Source: an uncultured Bacteroidia bacterium
GTDB lineage: Bacteria; Bacteroidota; Bacteroidia; NS11-12g; UBA9320
Length of the DNA: 64,000 bases
Assembly (NCBI GenBank): GCA_943787465.1
Contig: CALSMN010000006.1
Location: 205,105 to 269,104 of the forward strand
Direction: 5' to 3'
Below, piece by piece: positions 9,759 to 20,029 of the stretch (position 1 is the first letter of the stretch; every line of letters begins with the position of its first letter). Position numbers and translations under genes: made by a program. Under the pieces are notes generated by a model. That model was given only the letters and a program-made list of their open reading frames with translations, ran no database searches and had not been told where the DNA came from.

Positions 9759-10969
9759 TTGTAAAAATTGCATTCAAAAATATCTGGCGAAATAGTCTTC
9801 GGAGTTGTACCGTTATCATGGCAATCTCTCTAGGGATTTTTGGAGGTCTAGCTGTAATTAGTACGGCAACTGGACTAAGCAAAATGAGACAGAATAATGC
9901 CATTAATAGCTACATCAGTCACATTCAAATACACGATAGTAATTTTCTAGCTTATGGAAGGTTAACTGATACAATCGTGAAGCAAAAAGAAATTGTAAGG
10001 TTTCTTCAAAAAAATCCAATTGTATCTGGATTTAGTTCCAGAATTAAAATTGAAACTTTCATCCAAAGTGCAGGGGGAACAAGTGCAGTTATACTCAACG
10101 GGATAGAGCCCATAAATGAAAAAAAAGTAACAGATATTAACACAAAATTAGAAGAAGGTAATTATTTATCAGACTACAAAAGAAAGCCTCCAATTATTTT
10201 GAGTACTATTTTAGCAACGAAATTAAACGCTAAAATCAATACCTCAGTTCAATGTTCCTTTGTAAATCCAGATGGAGAAGCAACTACTATAGTATTTAAA
10301 GTGGTTGATATTTTCGCTACAAACAATTCCATGTACGATCAAATGAATGCTTTTGTTTTAATTGACCATTTAAAAAATACAGCTCATAAAGGGGTACATG
10401 AAATGGCTATAAATCTAAAAGATGAATCCTACGTTGAAGAATTTAGAACAACACTAATTAGTCAATTTCCAACCCTTGAAATTGACTCCTGGAGAGGAAC
10501 AGCACCTGAGCTAGGCTATGCTGATAAAATGATGCATTTAGTTTTGATTATTTTCTTAATTATTATCATGCTTGCTCTTGCATTTGGAATCATAAATACC
10601 ATGTTAATGGCTGTATTAGAACGAAAAAAAGAACTTGGCATGCTCCTTTCTATTGGGATGAATAAAAATAAAATATTCTTAATGATTGTCCTTGAATCTA
10701 CCTTTTTAGCTCTTATTTCTGGACCGATTGGGCTATCCATATCATACCTTGTTGTTACTTTTTATGAAGATGCTGGAATTGATTTATCCTTTGCTAGCTC
10801 AGGATTAAAAAGTGTAGGTATTGAAAGTACTATTTATCCTTTCCTAGATTCCAATTATTACTTCATAATCAGTGTTTTAGTTATTTTAACAGCTATCTTA
10901 TCGAGTATATACCCAGCTTTTAAAGCACTTAAGTTAAATCCATCTGAAACATTAAGAACAGCAAATTAG
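9755..10969 (+). CDS. FtsX-family ABC transporter permease (LolC/LolE-like), second
   Basis: Same architecture as the first permease. Paired permeases plus a separate ATPase give a LolCDE-like layout. Confidence 0.7.
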   Translation: MIVKIAFKNIWRNSLRSCTVIMAISLGIFGGLAVISTATGLSKMRQNNAINSYISHIQIHDSNFLAYGRLTDTIVKQKEIVRFLQKNPIVSGFSSRIKIETFIQSAGGTSAVILNGIEPINEKKVTDINTKLEEGNYLSDYKRKPPIILSTILATKLNAKINTSVQCSFVNPDGEATTIVFKVVDIFATNNSMYDQMNAFVLIDHLKNTAHKGVHEMAINLKDESYVEEFRTTLISQFPTLEIDSWRGTAPELGYADKMMHLVLIIFLIIIMLALAFGIINTMLMAVLERKKELGMLLSIGMNKNKIFLMIVLESTFLALISGPIGLSISYLVVTFYEDAGIDLSFASSGLKSVGIESTIYPFLDSNYYFIISVLVILTAILSSIYPAFKALKLNPSETLRTAN

Positions 10970-10979
10970 CAATTAACCT

Positions 10980-11657
10980 ATGATTTATATTCAAAATATA
11001 TCGAAAACCTATCAATCAGGCATCATACAAGTCAAAGCCCTTCAAAATATAAATTTAACGATAAAAAAAGGAGAATTTACGGCTATTGTTGGCCCCTCAG
11101 GTTCTGGAAAAACAACATTACTTAACCTAATTGGTGGACTCGATTCTCCATCCCACGGAATTATTAAAATAGATCAGACAGATATTACTTCACTCCCAGA
11201 AAATGATTTAATTGATTTTAGACTGCATCATATTGGATTTGTATTTCAAAGCTACAATCTTATACCTGTTTTAACTGCTAAAGAAAATGTAGAATTTTTG
11301 ATGTTATTGCAAAAAAAAGAAGAAGATCAACGAAATGAACGAACTATTCAATTACTAAAAGCTGTTGGTCTTGAAAATCAAATTCACAAAAAACCCAATG
11401 AAATGAGCGGTGGGCAACAACAACGAGTTGCTGTTGCCCGAGCGCTTGCAAGTAAACCTGATTTTATTCTCGCTGACGAGCCTACGGCAAATCTTGACAG
11501 TTCATCAGCAGAAAATTTGTTAGATATCATGTTTAAACTAAACCAAAAAGAAAAAATGACTTTTATTTTTAGTACGCATGATTCTCGGGTAATTGCTAAA
11601 GCCCAAAGAATAATAACAATTGATGATGGTCAAATTATAAATGATTATTATAGATAA
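10980..11657 (+). CDS. ABC transporter ATP-binding protein (LolD/MacB-type)
   Basis: Walker [10 protein letters not shown], signature [15 protein letters not shown], Walker B ILADEPT. Confidence 0.85.
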   Translation: MIYIQNISKTYQSGIIQVKALQNINLTIKKGEFTAIVGPSGSGKTTLLNLIGGLDSPSHGIIKIDQTDITSLPENDLIDFRLHHIGFVFQSYNLIPVLTAKENVEFLMLLQKKEEDQRNERTIQLLKAVGLENQIHKKPNEMSGGQQQRVAVARALASKPDFILADEPTANLDSSSAENLLDIMFKLNQKEKMTFIFSTHDSRVIAKAQRIITIDDGQIINDYYR

Positions 11658-11672
11658 CTTTTTTACATAAAA

Positions 11673-11700
11673 TAAATATTGAGTCACGTATCAATATTTT
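11673..11700. promoter_or_regulatory. Inverted repeat (9-10 bp arms, 8-nt spacer) between the ABC ATPase and the outer-membrane barrel gene
   Basis: tAAATATTGA-gtcacgta-TCAATATTTt; AT-rich. Possible operator or weak terminator. Confidence 0.3.
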
Positions 11701-11715
11701 CTAACTTTGACGTTA

Positions 11716-12783
11716 ATGAATAGAATGAGATTCGTTTACGCATCTATCTTAATTGTTTTTTTCCAATTTTCCATAGCTCAAATTGGAGGATCAAGTGCTT
11801 ATACTTTTGCTTTAATTGAAAATAATGCTCGTCATACAGCACTCGGCGGTATCTCAATTGCAAATTCGAATGAAGATCCAGCTTCAGGTTTTCAAAATCC
11901 AGCTCTCATTAATTCTAAAATGCATCAGCATGCTTCCTTATCATACGCCAATCATGTTGCGGATATTAATTATGGGTTTGCAAGTTTTGGAAATAACATT
12001 GATAGTCTGCACACCTTAACATTTAATTTAGGATTTTATGATTATGGCAACTTTGTGAGAACCAATAATGCTGGCGATATTTTGGGTGAATTTGACGCTA
12101 AAGATTATACTTTTCAAATAGGATTAAGCAAAAAAATAACCGACAAAATAACCCTTGGTGCCAATGGTAAATTTCTATACAGTGTATATGAAGCATATGT
12201 CAGTACCGCTGGAGGTATCGATATTGGCAGTCATTATGCTGATCCAGATCATTTGCTTAGTTTTGGTATTTTGATAAAAAATATGGGATATCAATTTATT
12301 AAATACTCAGAAAATAGCCCACGAGAAAATATTCCTTTTGATGTCCAAGCAAGTATTAGTAAAAAATTAGCTCACAACCCATTGAGATTTACCTTTACTT
12401 TTCATAATTTACATCGCTGGAATAATTCCTATGTGAATACGAATGCTAGAAATAAAGAAATTGATCTTGAAACGGGTATTGTAAAAAATCAAGAACTCAC
12501 TCTTGGAGATCAATTGATGCGACATATACTATTCAACACTGAGTTCATTTTTTCCGATAATTTTCAAATTCGTGGAGGATATAATCACCAGAGAAGGGCA
12601 GAGTTAGGGCCTGAAAATAGAAAAGCTTCTACTGGTTTCAGCTGGGGGTTCTCTATTGGCGTAAGAAAATTAATGATTGGTTATGGAAGTGCGGGATACT
12701 TCCCAGGAATAGCCTCAAATTATTTCTCAGTTTCTAGAGACCTCTCTCGAGTTATGAAGAAAAAGAAGAAGTCTTATCTCTAA
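11716..12783 (+). CDS. FadL/PorV-like outer-membrane beta-barrel protein
   Basis: Signal peptide; N-terminal ...NNARHTALGGISIANSNEDPASGFQNPALIN parallels the FadL/PorV N-terminal motif ARxxGMGGAxxAxxDDxSAxFxNPAGL. Beta-strand-rich, aromatic C-terminus. 11707 (TTG) is an alternative start. Confidence 0.5.
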   Translation: MNRMRFVYASILIVFFQFSIAQIGGSSAYTFALIENNARHTALGGISIANSNEDPASGFQNPALINSKMHQHASLSYANHVADINYGFASFGNNIDSLHTLTFNLGFYDYGNFVRTNNAGDILGEFDAKDYTFQIGLSKKITDKITLGANGKFLYSVYEAYVSTAGGIDIGSHYADPDHLLSFGILIKNMGYQFIKYSENSPRENIPFDVQASISKKLAHNPLRFTFTFHNLHRWNNSYVNTNARNKEIDLETGIVKNQELTLGDQLMRHILFNTEFIFSDNFQIRGGYNHQRRAELGPENRKASTGFSWGFSIGVRKLMIGYGSAGYFPGIASNYFSVSRDLSRVMKKKKKSYL

Positions 12784-12854
12784 ATATTTAAAATCCTATT
12801 TGATTCGTTTATCAAATTAGGAATTCAAAAAAATAGGATTATGTTTGACCTACA

Positions 12855-13544
12855 TTGAGTGGTAAAATAAACATAGCCATTGACGGACATTCTAGTTGTG
12901 GCAAGGGAACCCTTGCAAAACACATCGCTAGAGAATTGGGATATTTATTTGTTGATAGTGGAGCCATGTACAGAGCTGTTACATTATACCTGCTTAATGA
13001 GGGCATATCCTTACAAGAACTCCAAGATGATCCCGCAATACTTGGAAATATTCGAATTGAATTTAGATATAACCAAGAACATCAGTTTTATGAAACGTAC
13101 CTCAATGATATAAGTGTTGAATCTGAAATCAGAGGAATGAGAGTTTCTCGCTATGTAAGTCCTGTAAGTGCCGTGAAAGTTGTCAGAGATTTTCTGGTAA
13201 AAAAACAACAACAAATCGGTGAAAACAAAGGGGTAGTTATGGATGGAAGAGATATTGGCACCATTGTATTTCCTGATGCAGAACTAAAAATATTCATGAC
13301 TGCTTCACCAGAAATTCGTGCTAAGAGGAGGTATGAAGAACTTGAAAAAAAAGGGATACATGTTAATTATCAAGAGGTTTTACATAACATTATTGAACGA
13401 GACGCAATGGATAGTTCCCGATCCGAAAGTCCCTTAGTTAAAGCCAAAGACGCAATAACTTTAGATAATACAAACATGACTAAACTTGAACAAGCCAAAA
13501 TTTCGCTTCAATGGGCAAAAGGAGTGATTGCCTCCATTAAATAA
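12855..13544 (+). CDS. cmk: (d)CMP kinase
   Basis: IAIDGHSSCGKGTLAKHIA P-loop, NMP-binding and lid regions; TTG start. Confidence 0.85.
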   Translation: MSGKINIAIDGHSSCGKGTLAKHIARELGYLFVDSGAMYRAVTLYLLNEGISLQELQDDPAILGNIRIEFRYNQEHQFYETYLNDISVESEIRGMRVSRYVSPVSAVKVVRDFLVKKQQQIGENKGVVMDGRDIGTIVFPDAELKIFMTASPEIRAKRRYEELEKKGIHVNYQEVLHNIIERDAMDSSRSESPLVKAKDAITLDNTNMTKLEQAKISLQWAKGVIASIK

Positions 13545-13634
13545 TTTTATTATTTATATCTGCATAAAATAAAAATTCTACAGTTAAAGAAACACAACGA
13601 GATTTCTATAATCAGCTTCACCTAATCTATGCCA

Positions 13635-16600
13635 TTATTTTATTATAGTAAGCGTTCCTTTGTCAAAGTAGACTAGATTATCCCAGCCCTTATATTGTAC
13701 CATCCAAAAATAAACATTACTAAATTCTAGTTCAGACTCCTTATAAGTACCCGTCCAAATTGAATTTTTATCACTGGATTCAAATACTTTCTCCCCCCAA
13801 CGATTATACATTTTTATTTCAAATTCGCGCACAAATACATCGCTCCACCCAAACACATCATTCAAATTATCACCATTGGAGGTCACCGCATTCGGAACAA
13901 AAACCAATGGAGGTTGAATTAAATAGATATCATTACTCCTACTTATTGCATTCAAACTACCTGAACCTTCATAAGCTAAAATGCTATACCAATACCCCCC
14001 CCAGTCGTAATCTAAATCACTATCAGTATAAAACTGAATAGGATCATCTAATAAAACAATAGGTCTAAATTCTCCAGTATCAACAGTGCGTAATAATTCA
14101 TAATTACGCACTCCCCCATTCCAATTAATGTAATCATCCCATGTCAAATCAAATTTAAAGCGAGGAGTTTCTTCTTTTTTATTTTTTGCTTCACCTCGAA
14201 TTACAATTGAACAACCTAGGTTACTCAAATTACTCAAGTGACCACAATCATCAGCTACCCTAATCTGATAACAATATGAGGTTGAATTGATATCAACTTC
14301 AGTATCTATAAAAACAGTATCATTTATATCATAAACAGAGGTGAGATATTGGGGGACACCATTATTTCTGGAGCTCTTATAAATTTCATAATGTCCAAAA
14401 TCTTCTTCTGTAGACTTTAAAAATATAACATGTATATCTTGTCCAACAACTGTTGTGGTTTTGAGATAAGTTTCATCAACAGGAATTTGACTTTCTCTGG
14501 TACTGCTCAAATAATAGGATTCTTCACCTAATTCATTACAAATATTTTCAACTACTAAGTAATACGTGTAGTCACGATTTCTTGGATCTATGACATCATT
14601 ATCTAAATAGGACCCACCCAGCTGGCTGGTCGTTGAAAAAATAAGCGTTTTATTATTGTTTGGGTCTACTCGATACAGTTTCATAGTAAGAAAATAATCA
14701 GACTCAGATGTAGACTCCCAATCAATTCTTAATTGATTATTGCTCACAAAGTTTAAGCAAAGCACATCGGGTGGAGGCAATAAAGGAGTAGAATCTACTT
14801 GAATAATAATTGAGGTTATACTGTCCGAAGAACTAGGACAACCTCTATCTTTTGCTTGCACGTCAATTTTGAAGGTTTGACTTGCCTGTAAACAGGAAAA
14901 TATCATTTTAAAATTCGCATTAAGACTCCCTTTGCCAATAAGTGTATCGTCATATTCTATTATACTAGGAAACAATGCTGTTGGAATATCAAAATAAACA
15001 AACAAAGAATCTCCTTCAGGATCAGAAATTGGATAACTAAATGAAAAAGTATCCCCAATTTGAATATTAAGGGTATCTACTACGTTTGTGATATAATTTT
15101 GTGGAGAAAGATTTGGAGGAAGATTGAATGGCACTACAGCCATTTTAAATGAAGCATTACTACACCTTGGACTTGGATTCCTCTCTGAATAGGCTCCTGC
15201 TGTTGTTGGAAAATCACTAATCTTAGAACTCAATGCATTATTAGGACAACTGCTACACACACTTTGATACACGATCCCTCTTTTATCAAATCTACTGGTT
15301 CCTCCATCCACATGATCACCCGTTTGATTTCCTCCAAAATAGGTAGCAAAAGATAAATCGGACATATCCTCTTCAAATACAACCAAATGAAAATCTTGAC
15401 CATCCGTAGTTTTTTGAAATGCATCATTGGTGATTGGCATATTAGAAAGGGTATTTCCTGGCACAGACTCTGAATTACTCCCCCATCCACTGACGTATAT
15501 TTTACTACAATCGTCCACTAAAAAAGCATTTATGGTAATATCTGGATTATTTCCTCCACTACCATAAACAGAACTCAACAATAGTTTTGATAAATCTGAG
15601 TCAAATTTGGAAATAAATTGTTTCCCACGATTATTGGAATATCCATTTCCTAAAATGGGCATATTACCCTCAGAGTGGCCCACTACGTATATATTTTCAT
15701 ATTTATCAATTTCTAATTGTAAAATTTGATCATATGATGGAGTTCCAAGGTATGTAGTTTGTATCACTAATGTACCATCTTCACTTATTTTAGCAATAAA
15801 ACCATCCGTATCTCCCACCTTATTGGGAAGGTATGCCCCAATCGATGTTGGCAAACGATTACTCGATGATCCTCCAGCTATATATAAATCTCCCGTTGAT
15901 GAAACATCGATACTGTATACAGCATCATCACCTTCAGCACCATAATACATACTCCAACGGAGACTGGTCAAATCAGGGCTCAAACTCAACACAACTCCAT
16001 CTTGCATTCCACCAGACGTAGGTTGAAAAACTCCAGATGTAGTGGGAAAGTTAAAAGAAGTTGTACTAGTTGCAACAAAGATATTTCCATCCATATCTAA
16101 ATTGACTTCTCCCCGATAATCATCCGCATAAAAATAGCGTGTATTGGTATTATCATTGATACCATCGCTACCTGATCCGCCTATAAAGGTAGATCCGATT
16201 AGCGCTGTTCCATCTGCATTAAACTTGGTAACAATCACATCTTCATTCCCATTGTGAGTCCTATCAAATGTACCCGCAGTTGTCGGATAATTAGTAGATG
16301 ATGAAGTACCAAATACAATTAATTGATCCAATTTATCAACAATTAAACTGTGAGGATAATCATTCATATTGCCTCCAAGATACGTGGCATAAATCAAATT
16401 TTGACCGTTATTTGAATATTTACTTATAGCAATATCACAAGCAAACGTATTAGGTTCCCCGCCGTTGAATGTAATATCAAAAGCTCCAGGGGTAGTGGGA
16501 TAGACACCATCCAAAAATTTAGTAGGACTTGTCGCTATACCGCCAGAATACAAATTACCATTAGCGTCATAAGTAGCTGTAAAACCAAAATTATCTACCG

Positions 16601-17387
16601 AACTACCTGAATAGGTGGAGAAAATTAGCTCTGGATCAATAATGGTCTTGATCTTAGACTTGAGAAAATTAGACTCAAGACCAATGTAATCTCCTAGATC
16701 CACATAATTCATTGAAATAATTTTCTTCATTGAGCCATGTTGCTCATAAGAAACAGGCATAATTTCACTAAAATTTCCAAAATCTGTTGAAATTTCTATT
16801 CTATTAGATTGAATTTTAATATCATTTTGGCCCGCAATTTTTATCTTAATGTCCTCTAGATTTGCCCCAGGGTGAAGGATAAAATTATATTTAAATCGTT
16901 GGTCAATTACCTCAAATTCTAAATCTATATGAGAATAGATAGATTTAAAAACTACTTGCGTGTACATCCCAACCTGACCTGCCCATTTTGAGGGATCACT
17001 TCCCTGAAAGTAGTTGTAATAGGCTGACGTTTTCCTTAAAAATTGGACTGAATCAAAATTAGCTTCAAGGAATGAATATTTCAATAATTGAAAACCTAAG
17101 GTATCCGTTTGGTAAATAGTTGGAGAATGATCATGCATTTGATGATCATGGAAATTAAGAACTAAATCCGCCCATTTCTTTGTATCATGTAGTAAAACTG
17201 AGAATCCATTTTCAGACAAATAGATGCGATGTGTGTTAAAATCAACAATAGATTTTACAGTAGAGTTGAATTGGCCTTTATTTTCGATAAAACCAATTTC
17301 CGCATGAAGTTGGTTTGGAATCAAAAAGAGAAAAATGGCACAAACCCAAGAAAATTTATATCGATATCTGTAAGTAGTCAACTCCAA
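13635..17387 (-). CDS. Large secreted T9SS type-B cargo protein (SBBP/beta-propeller repeats, Ig/FN3-like region, gliding-motility-type C-terminal sorting domain)
   Basis: Signal peptide; conserved N-terminal FIENKGQ domain; Gly/Ser/Thr-rich beta-propeller repeats; C-terminal FVPNAVTSNGDNLNDVF...YNRWGEKVF...GTLTIIK matches the PNAFTPNGDGxNDxF T9SS type-B sorting-domain signature. Confidence 0.85.
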   Translation of the reverse strand: MELTTYRYRYKFSWVCAIFLFLIPNQLHAEIGFIENKGQFNSTVKSIVDFNTHRIYLSENGFSVLLHDTKKWADLVLNFHDHQMHDHSPTIYQTDTLGFQLLKYSFLEANFDSVQFLRKTSAYYNYFQGSDPSKWAGQVGMYTQVVFKSIYSHIDLEFEVIDQRFKYNFILHPGANLEDIKIKIAGQNDIKIQSNRIEISTDFGNFSEIMPVSYEQHGSMKKIISMNYVDLGDYIGLESNFLKSKIKTIIDPELIFSTYSGSSVDNFGFTATYDANGNLYSGGIATSPTKFLDGVYPTTPGAFDITFNGGEPNTFACDIAISKYSNNGQNLIYATYLGGNMNDYPHSLIVDKLDQLIVFGTSSSTNYPTTAGTFDRTHNGNEDVIVTKFNADGTALIGSTFIGGSGSDGINDNTNTRYFYADDYRGEVNLDMDGNIFVATSTTSFNFPTTSGVFQPTSGGMQDGVVLSLSPDLTSLRWSMYYGAEGDDAVYSIDVSSTGDLYIAGGSSSNRLPTSIGAYLPNKVGDTDGFIAKISEDGTLVIQTTYLGTPSYDQILQLEIDKYENIYVVGHSEGNMPILGNGYSNNRGKQFISKFDSDLSKLLLSSVYGSGGNNPDITINAFLVDDCSKIYVSGWGSNSESVPGNTLSNMPITNDAFQKTTDGQDFHLVVFEEDMSDLSFATYFGGNQTGDHVDGGTSRFDKRGIVYQSVCSSCPNNALSSKISDFPTTAGAYSERNPSPRCSNASFKMAVVPFNLPPNLSPQNYITNVVDTLNIQIGDTFSFSYPISDPEGDSLFVYFDIPTALFPSIIEYDDTLIGKGSLNANFKMIFSCLQASQTFKIDVQAKDRGCPSSSDSITSIIIQVDSTPLLPPPDVLCLNFVSNNQLRIDWESTSESDYFLTMKLYRVDPNNNKTLIFSTTSQLGGSYLDNDVIDPRNRDYTYYLVVENICNELGEESYYLSSTRESQIPVDETYLKTTTVVGQDIHVIFLKSTEEDFGHYEIYKSSRNNGVPQYLTSVYDINDTVFIDTEVDINSTSYCYQIRVADDCGHLSNLSNLGCSIVIRGEAKNKKEETPRFKFDLTWDDYINWNGGVRNYELLRTVDTGEFRPIVLLDDPIQFYTDSDLDYDWGGYWYSILAYEGSGSLNAISRSNDIYLIQPPLVFVPNAVTSNGDNLNDVFGWSDVFVREFEIKMYNRWGEKVFESSDKNSIWTGTYKESELEFSNVYFWMVQYKGWDNLVYFDKGTLTIIK

Positions 17388-17432
17388 TAATTTATGGGTT
17401 GCAAGTTACAACAAAGATGATTGAGAAATAAA

Positions 17433-19724
17433 TTATCTGACTGGATTATACGCAAACGTATGTACCACATAGTTAAATTGACGTCCGTCTGACAATTCTA
17501 CATTTACGTTAAAATCACTTTTAGTTGGCAGTGTATTTTTGTTATATTGTGGCTTAAAGACCAATGTAGGTGCACCATATCCGCTTACAAAAGGTTCAAC
17601 CTTTACATCAATAGGTGTTCCGTCTTGTGATACACGAATGGATGCACCAGACAAATCTCCATACACCGAAAATGTCCAATTGTCCATAAGCATAATTTGT
17701 GGCAAATACCCCTGTGGTGGCCAGGTTATGGGATTATTCATGAAATCAGCTGTATCAATAGTTCCACTATCATCCAATGCCCATATTACGGCATAATTGT
17801 TTGTGCTACCATGCCCATATACACGTCCATTGGGATATAGCAACCAACGTCTATTCCCTGCACTAGGATTTTTATCATCCATAATGTAAGTGACTGCCAT
17901 CGAGGTGTTGGCGTCTTTAATCAAAAGAGAGTGTTTGGCTGCATAAGCCCCCTCACTTGTCCAGCAACGCCATGTTTTAGGTGGTTCATGCTTTAAGGCA
18001 TTATTAACGGTCATCATTAATGCAGCTTTCTGACAATATTCATTTGTAGCTTCATCAAAAAGTACCTCAGGAACACCTGCATTTCTTCTAAAATAATTGA
18101 TTCGGTCTACAACTTTATTTTGTATATCCATATCAATAGTGCCTGCATCACAACCTCCAGCTCTTCCATTCCAAGTGAATGGAACAATTTCATTTCCATT
18201 GATATCTTTTCCTTGAGTTTTAGTATTAAAATAATTTTGGAAGAAGTCCTCTCTAGCTATTAATTCAAGTTGTTCACTATGATCTTTTTCTGGAAAAAAA
18301 TACACCAGCTCGGCAGCTACATCCTTTGCAGTACTGAAACGATTTTCAGAAATCAACAAACCAAGATACTTATTGTTAATCGCCTCCAAATGTGCTAATG
18401 TTTCGGGTGATTCATACCTATCAAACTCATCTTTTATAAGCTTATAAAGCATCCCTTGTTCATCAACATTGGTTCGAACAACGGCTTTCTCTGCAATTAT
18501 TTTGGATCGTAAAGAAAGTAATTCCTTATCATTCGGGTACTTGATTAAAGCTTGTCGCAAAATAAATCCGGCAAAAGGCAATGGCTTAGTCTGGTAGCTG
18601 TAGTCAGCAATAACTTGCCACCTTTTCAATGTATCACTCGCCAAATCTCCAACCGTAGTAATTGAAATGTAATTAGATAAAAGGTAAGAGCTACTTCTGA
18701 GATGACCATATTGTTGAAAATACTCTGCCAATTTCCATACTATATTATCTGACTTACTATCAACAAATACATCTGTTTCACGAATATCAGCACTTTTTTT
18801 GAGTTGACTTTTTTGAATTTTTTCACGAGTAAATCGATGAATTAGCGTGTCTGCCTGAATCGTCTGGTTGTTCAACAAACTATTTTTTATTAAATAAATA
18901 TAAATAGAATTCTCTTTTTGAAGAAACTCCTCAGCATTGGGTACAAAACGCAACACCTCCTGAACGTAATCCAACATTAATTCACTAGGAGGCATATTTT
19001 TAATAATATCAAGTGTCACTTTTCTGAGGTAAAAGTTCAATTTAGCATCATCTCCCACTAACTTCCTTCCCTCAGATATTAATGCAATAGCACTATCATA
19101 ATGCTTATTTTGCCAATGGGCATCAATGAAATAGATCATTGGATCTACCTCTACTGTTTTATCTGTAATACCTTGACTGTAATCGGAACGGTAACACTTG
19201 ATTAAATCCTTATATATTATTTCCGCTGCAGAAAATTCACTGGCTCCAATAAAACTTTTTGCTTGTAAAAAATAAGCATCTCTACGAGTGGTATCTATGC
19301 TGTAGGATTGACCATACAATTTGGCTGCTTTTGCATATTTATTCGTATTGTATTGTTTAAAAGCCTCTTTGTTATTGAATTCAATAACCATGTCTCGGAC
19401 TGCTAAAAAATCATCCATTAAAACTTGATTATTCTCATCATTTTTAATGCCCTTCAACATATATGTCACAGCCTGCTTGATCGCATCTGGATTTTTTTGA
19501 ATATATCGCTCATCCTGAGCTAAATGAACATAGGCTTGTGATAAATAATAGTATGTTGCTGGTAGTTTTTTAAGTTCTTTTACTTCCAAGGCATCCAGTG
19601 CTACTTTTTCAAGTCTAATATAATTGCCGTCTTCCGCGGCCAACGCCAATTTTTCTAGTTGTGCATATGAGGAAATGCTACTTAAAATGACAAATATGAG
19701 TGAAGGAATTTTTATTAATTTCAT
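17433..19724 (-). CDS. Secreted protein with a long N-terminal alpha-helical/TPR-like region and a C-terminal CAP (SCP/PR-1-like) domain
   Basis: Signal peptide MKLIKIPSLIFVILSSISSYAQ (internal start; ORF-track start is 19808). CAP-like block INYFRRNAGVPEVLFDEATNEYCQKAALMM...GNRRWLLYPN...YAVIW. Confidence 0.55.
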   Translation of the reverse strand: MKLIKIPSLIFVILSSISSYAQLEKLALAAEDGNYIRLEKVALDALEVKELKKLPATYYYLSQAYVHLAQDERYIQKNPDAIKQAVTYMLKGIKNDENNQVLMDDFLAVRDMVIEFNNKEAFKQYNTNKYAKAAKLYGQSYSIDTTRRDAYFLQAKSFIGASEFSAAEIIYKDLIKCYRSDYSQGITDKTVEVDPMIYFIDAHWQNKHYDSAIALISEGRKLVGDDAKLNFYLRKVTLDIIKNMPPSELMLDYVQEVLRFVPNAEEFLQKENSIYIYLIKNSLLNNQTIQADTLIHRFTREKIQKSQLKKSADIRETDVFVDSKSDNIVWKLAEYFQQYGHLRSSSYLLSNYISITTVGDLASDTLKRWQVIADYSYQTKPLPFAGFILRQALIKYPNDKELLSLRSKIIAEKAVVRTNVDEQGMLYKLIKDEFDRYESPETLAHLEAINNKYLGLLISENRFSTAKDVAAELVYFFPEKDHSEQLELIAREDFFQNYFNTKTQGKDINGNEIVPFTWNGRAGGCDAGTIDMDIQNKVVDRINYFRRNAGVPEVLFDEATNEYCQKAALMMTVNNALKHEPPKTWRCWTSEGAYAAKHSLLIKDANTSMAVTYIMDDKNPSAGNRRWLLYPNGRVYGHGSTNNYAVIWALDDSGTIDTADFMNNPITWPPQGYLPQIMLMDNWTFSVYGDLSGASIRVSQDGTPIDVKVEPFVSGYGAPTLVFKPQYNKNTLPTKSDFNVNVELSDGRQFNYVVHTFAYNPVR

Positions 19725-19744
19725 ATATACTACAATTATACAAT

Positions 19745-20029
19745 TTACTTTAGATTCAAACTCCAAGCATTGGCATCCGTTGCAAATAACTTTTTTGTAT
19801 TTGTCCAAATTATTTTGAATGTGTCTGATTTTCGATAGTTATTTAAAAAATCTGAATTTAACCAAATACTATGGGTAAATACAATATTGGGATGATCTAT
19901 ATCCTGATAAATTTTTAAACTTACTAAACCTGGCATTGCCTCAATTTTGGATTGGATGGTATAAAAATAAGTCATGAAATTATCTATTTCTTCTGACCTA
20001 AACTCCATTTTTACTAATCGAAGTATCAT
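19745..20029 (-). CDS. ABM-like (antibiotic biosynthesis monooxygenase/Dabb fold) small protein
   Basis: 94 aa, predicted beta-alpha-beta ferredoxin-like layout; 4-nt overlap with the upstream DUF62 gene. Confidence 0.4.
   Translation of the reverse strand: MILRLVKMEFRSEEIDNFMTYFYTIQSKIEAMPGLVSLKIYQDIDHPNIVFTHSIWLNSDFLNNYRKSDTFKIIWTNTKKLFATDANAWSLNLK

Noticed and set aside
11816-12019. 67-aa plus-strand ORF within the outer-membrane barrel gene (different frame)
   Set aside because: Overlaps a longer, better-supported ORF; repetitive Leu/Ile/Gln composition.
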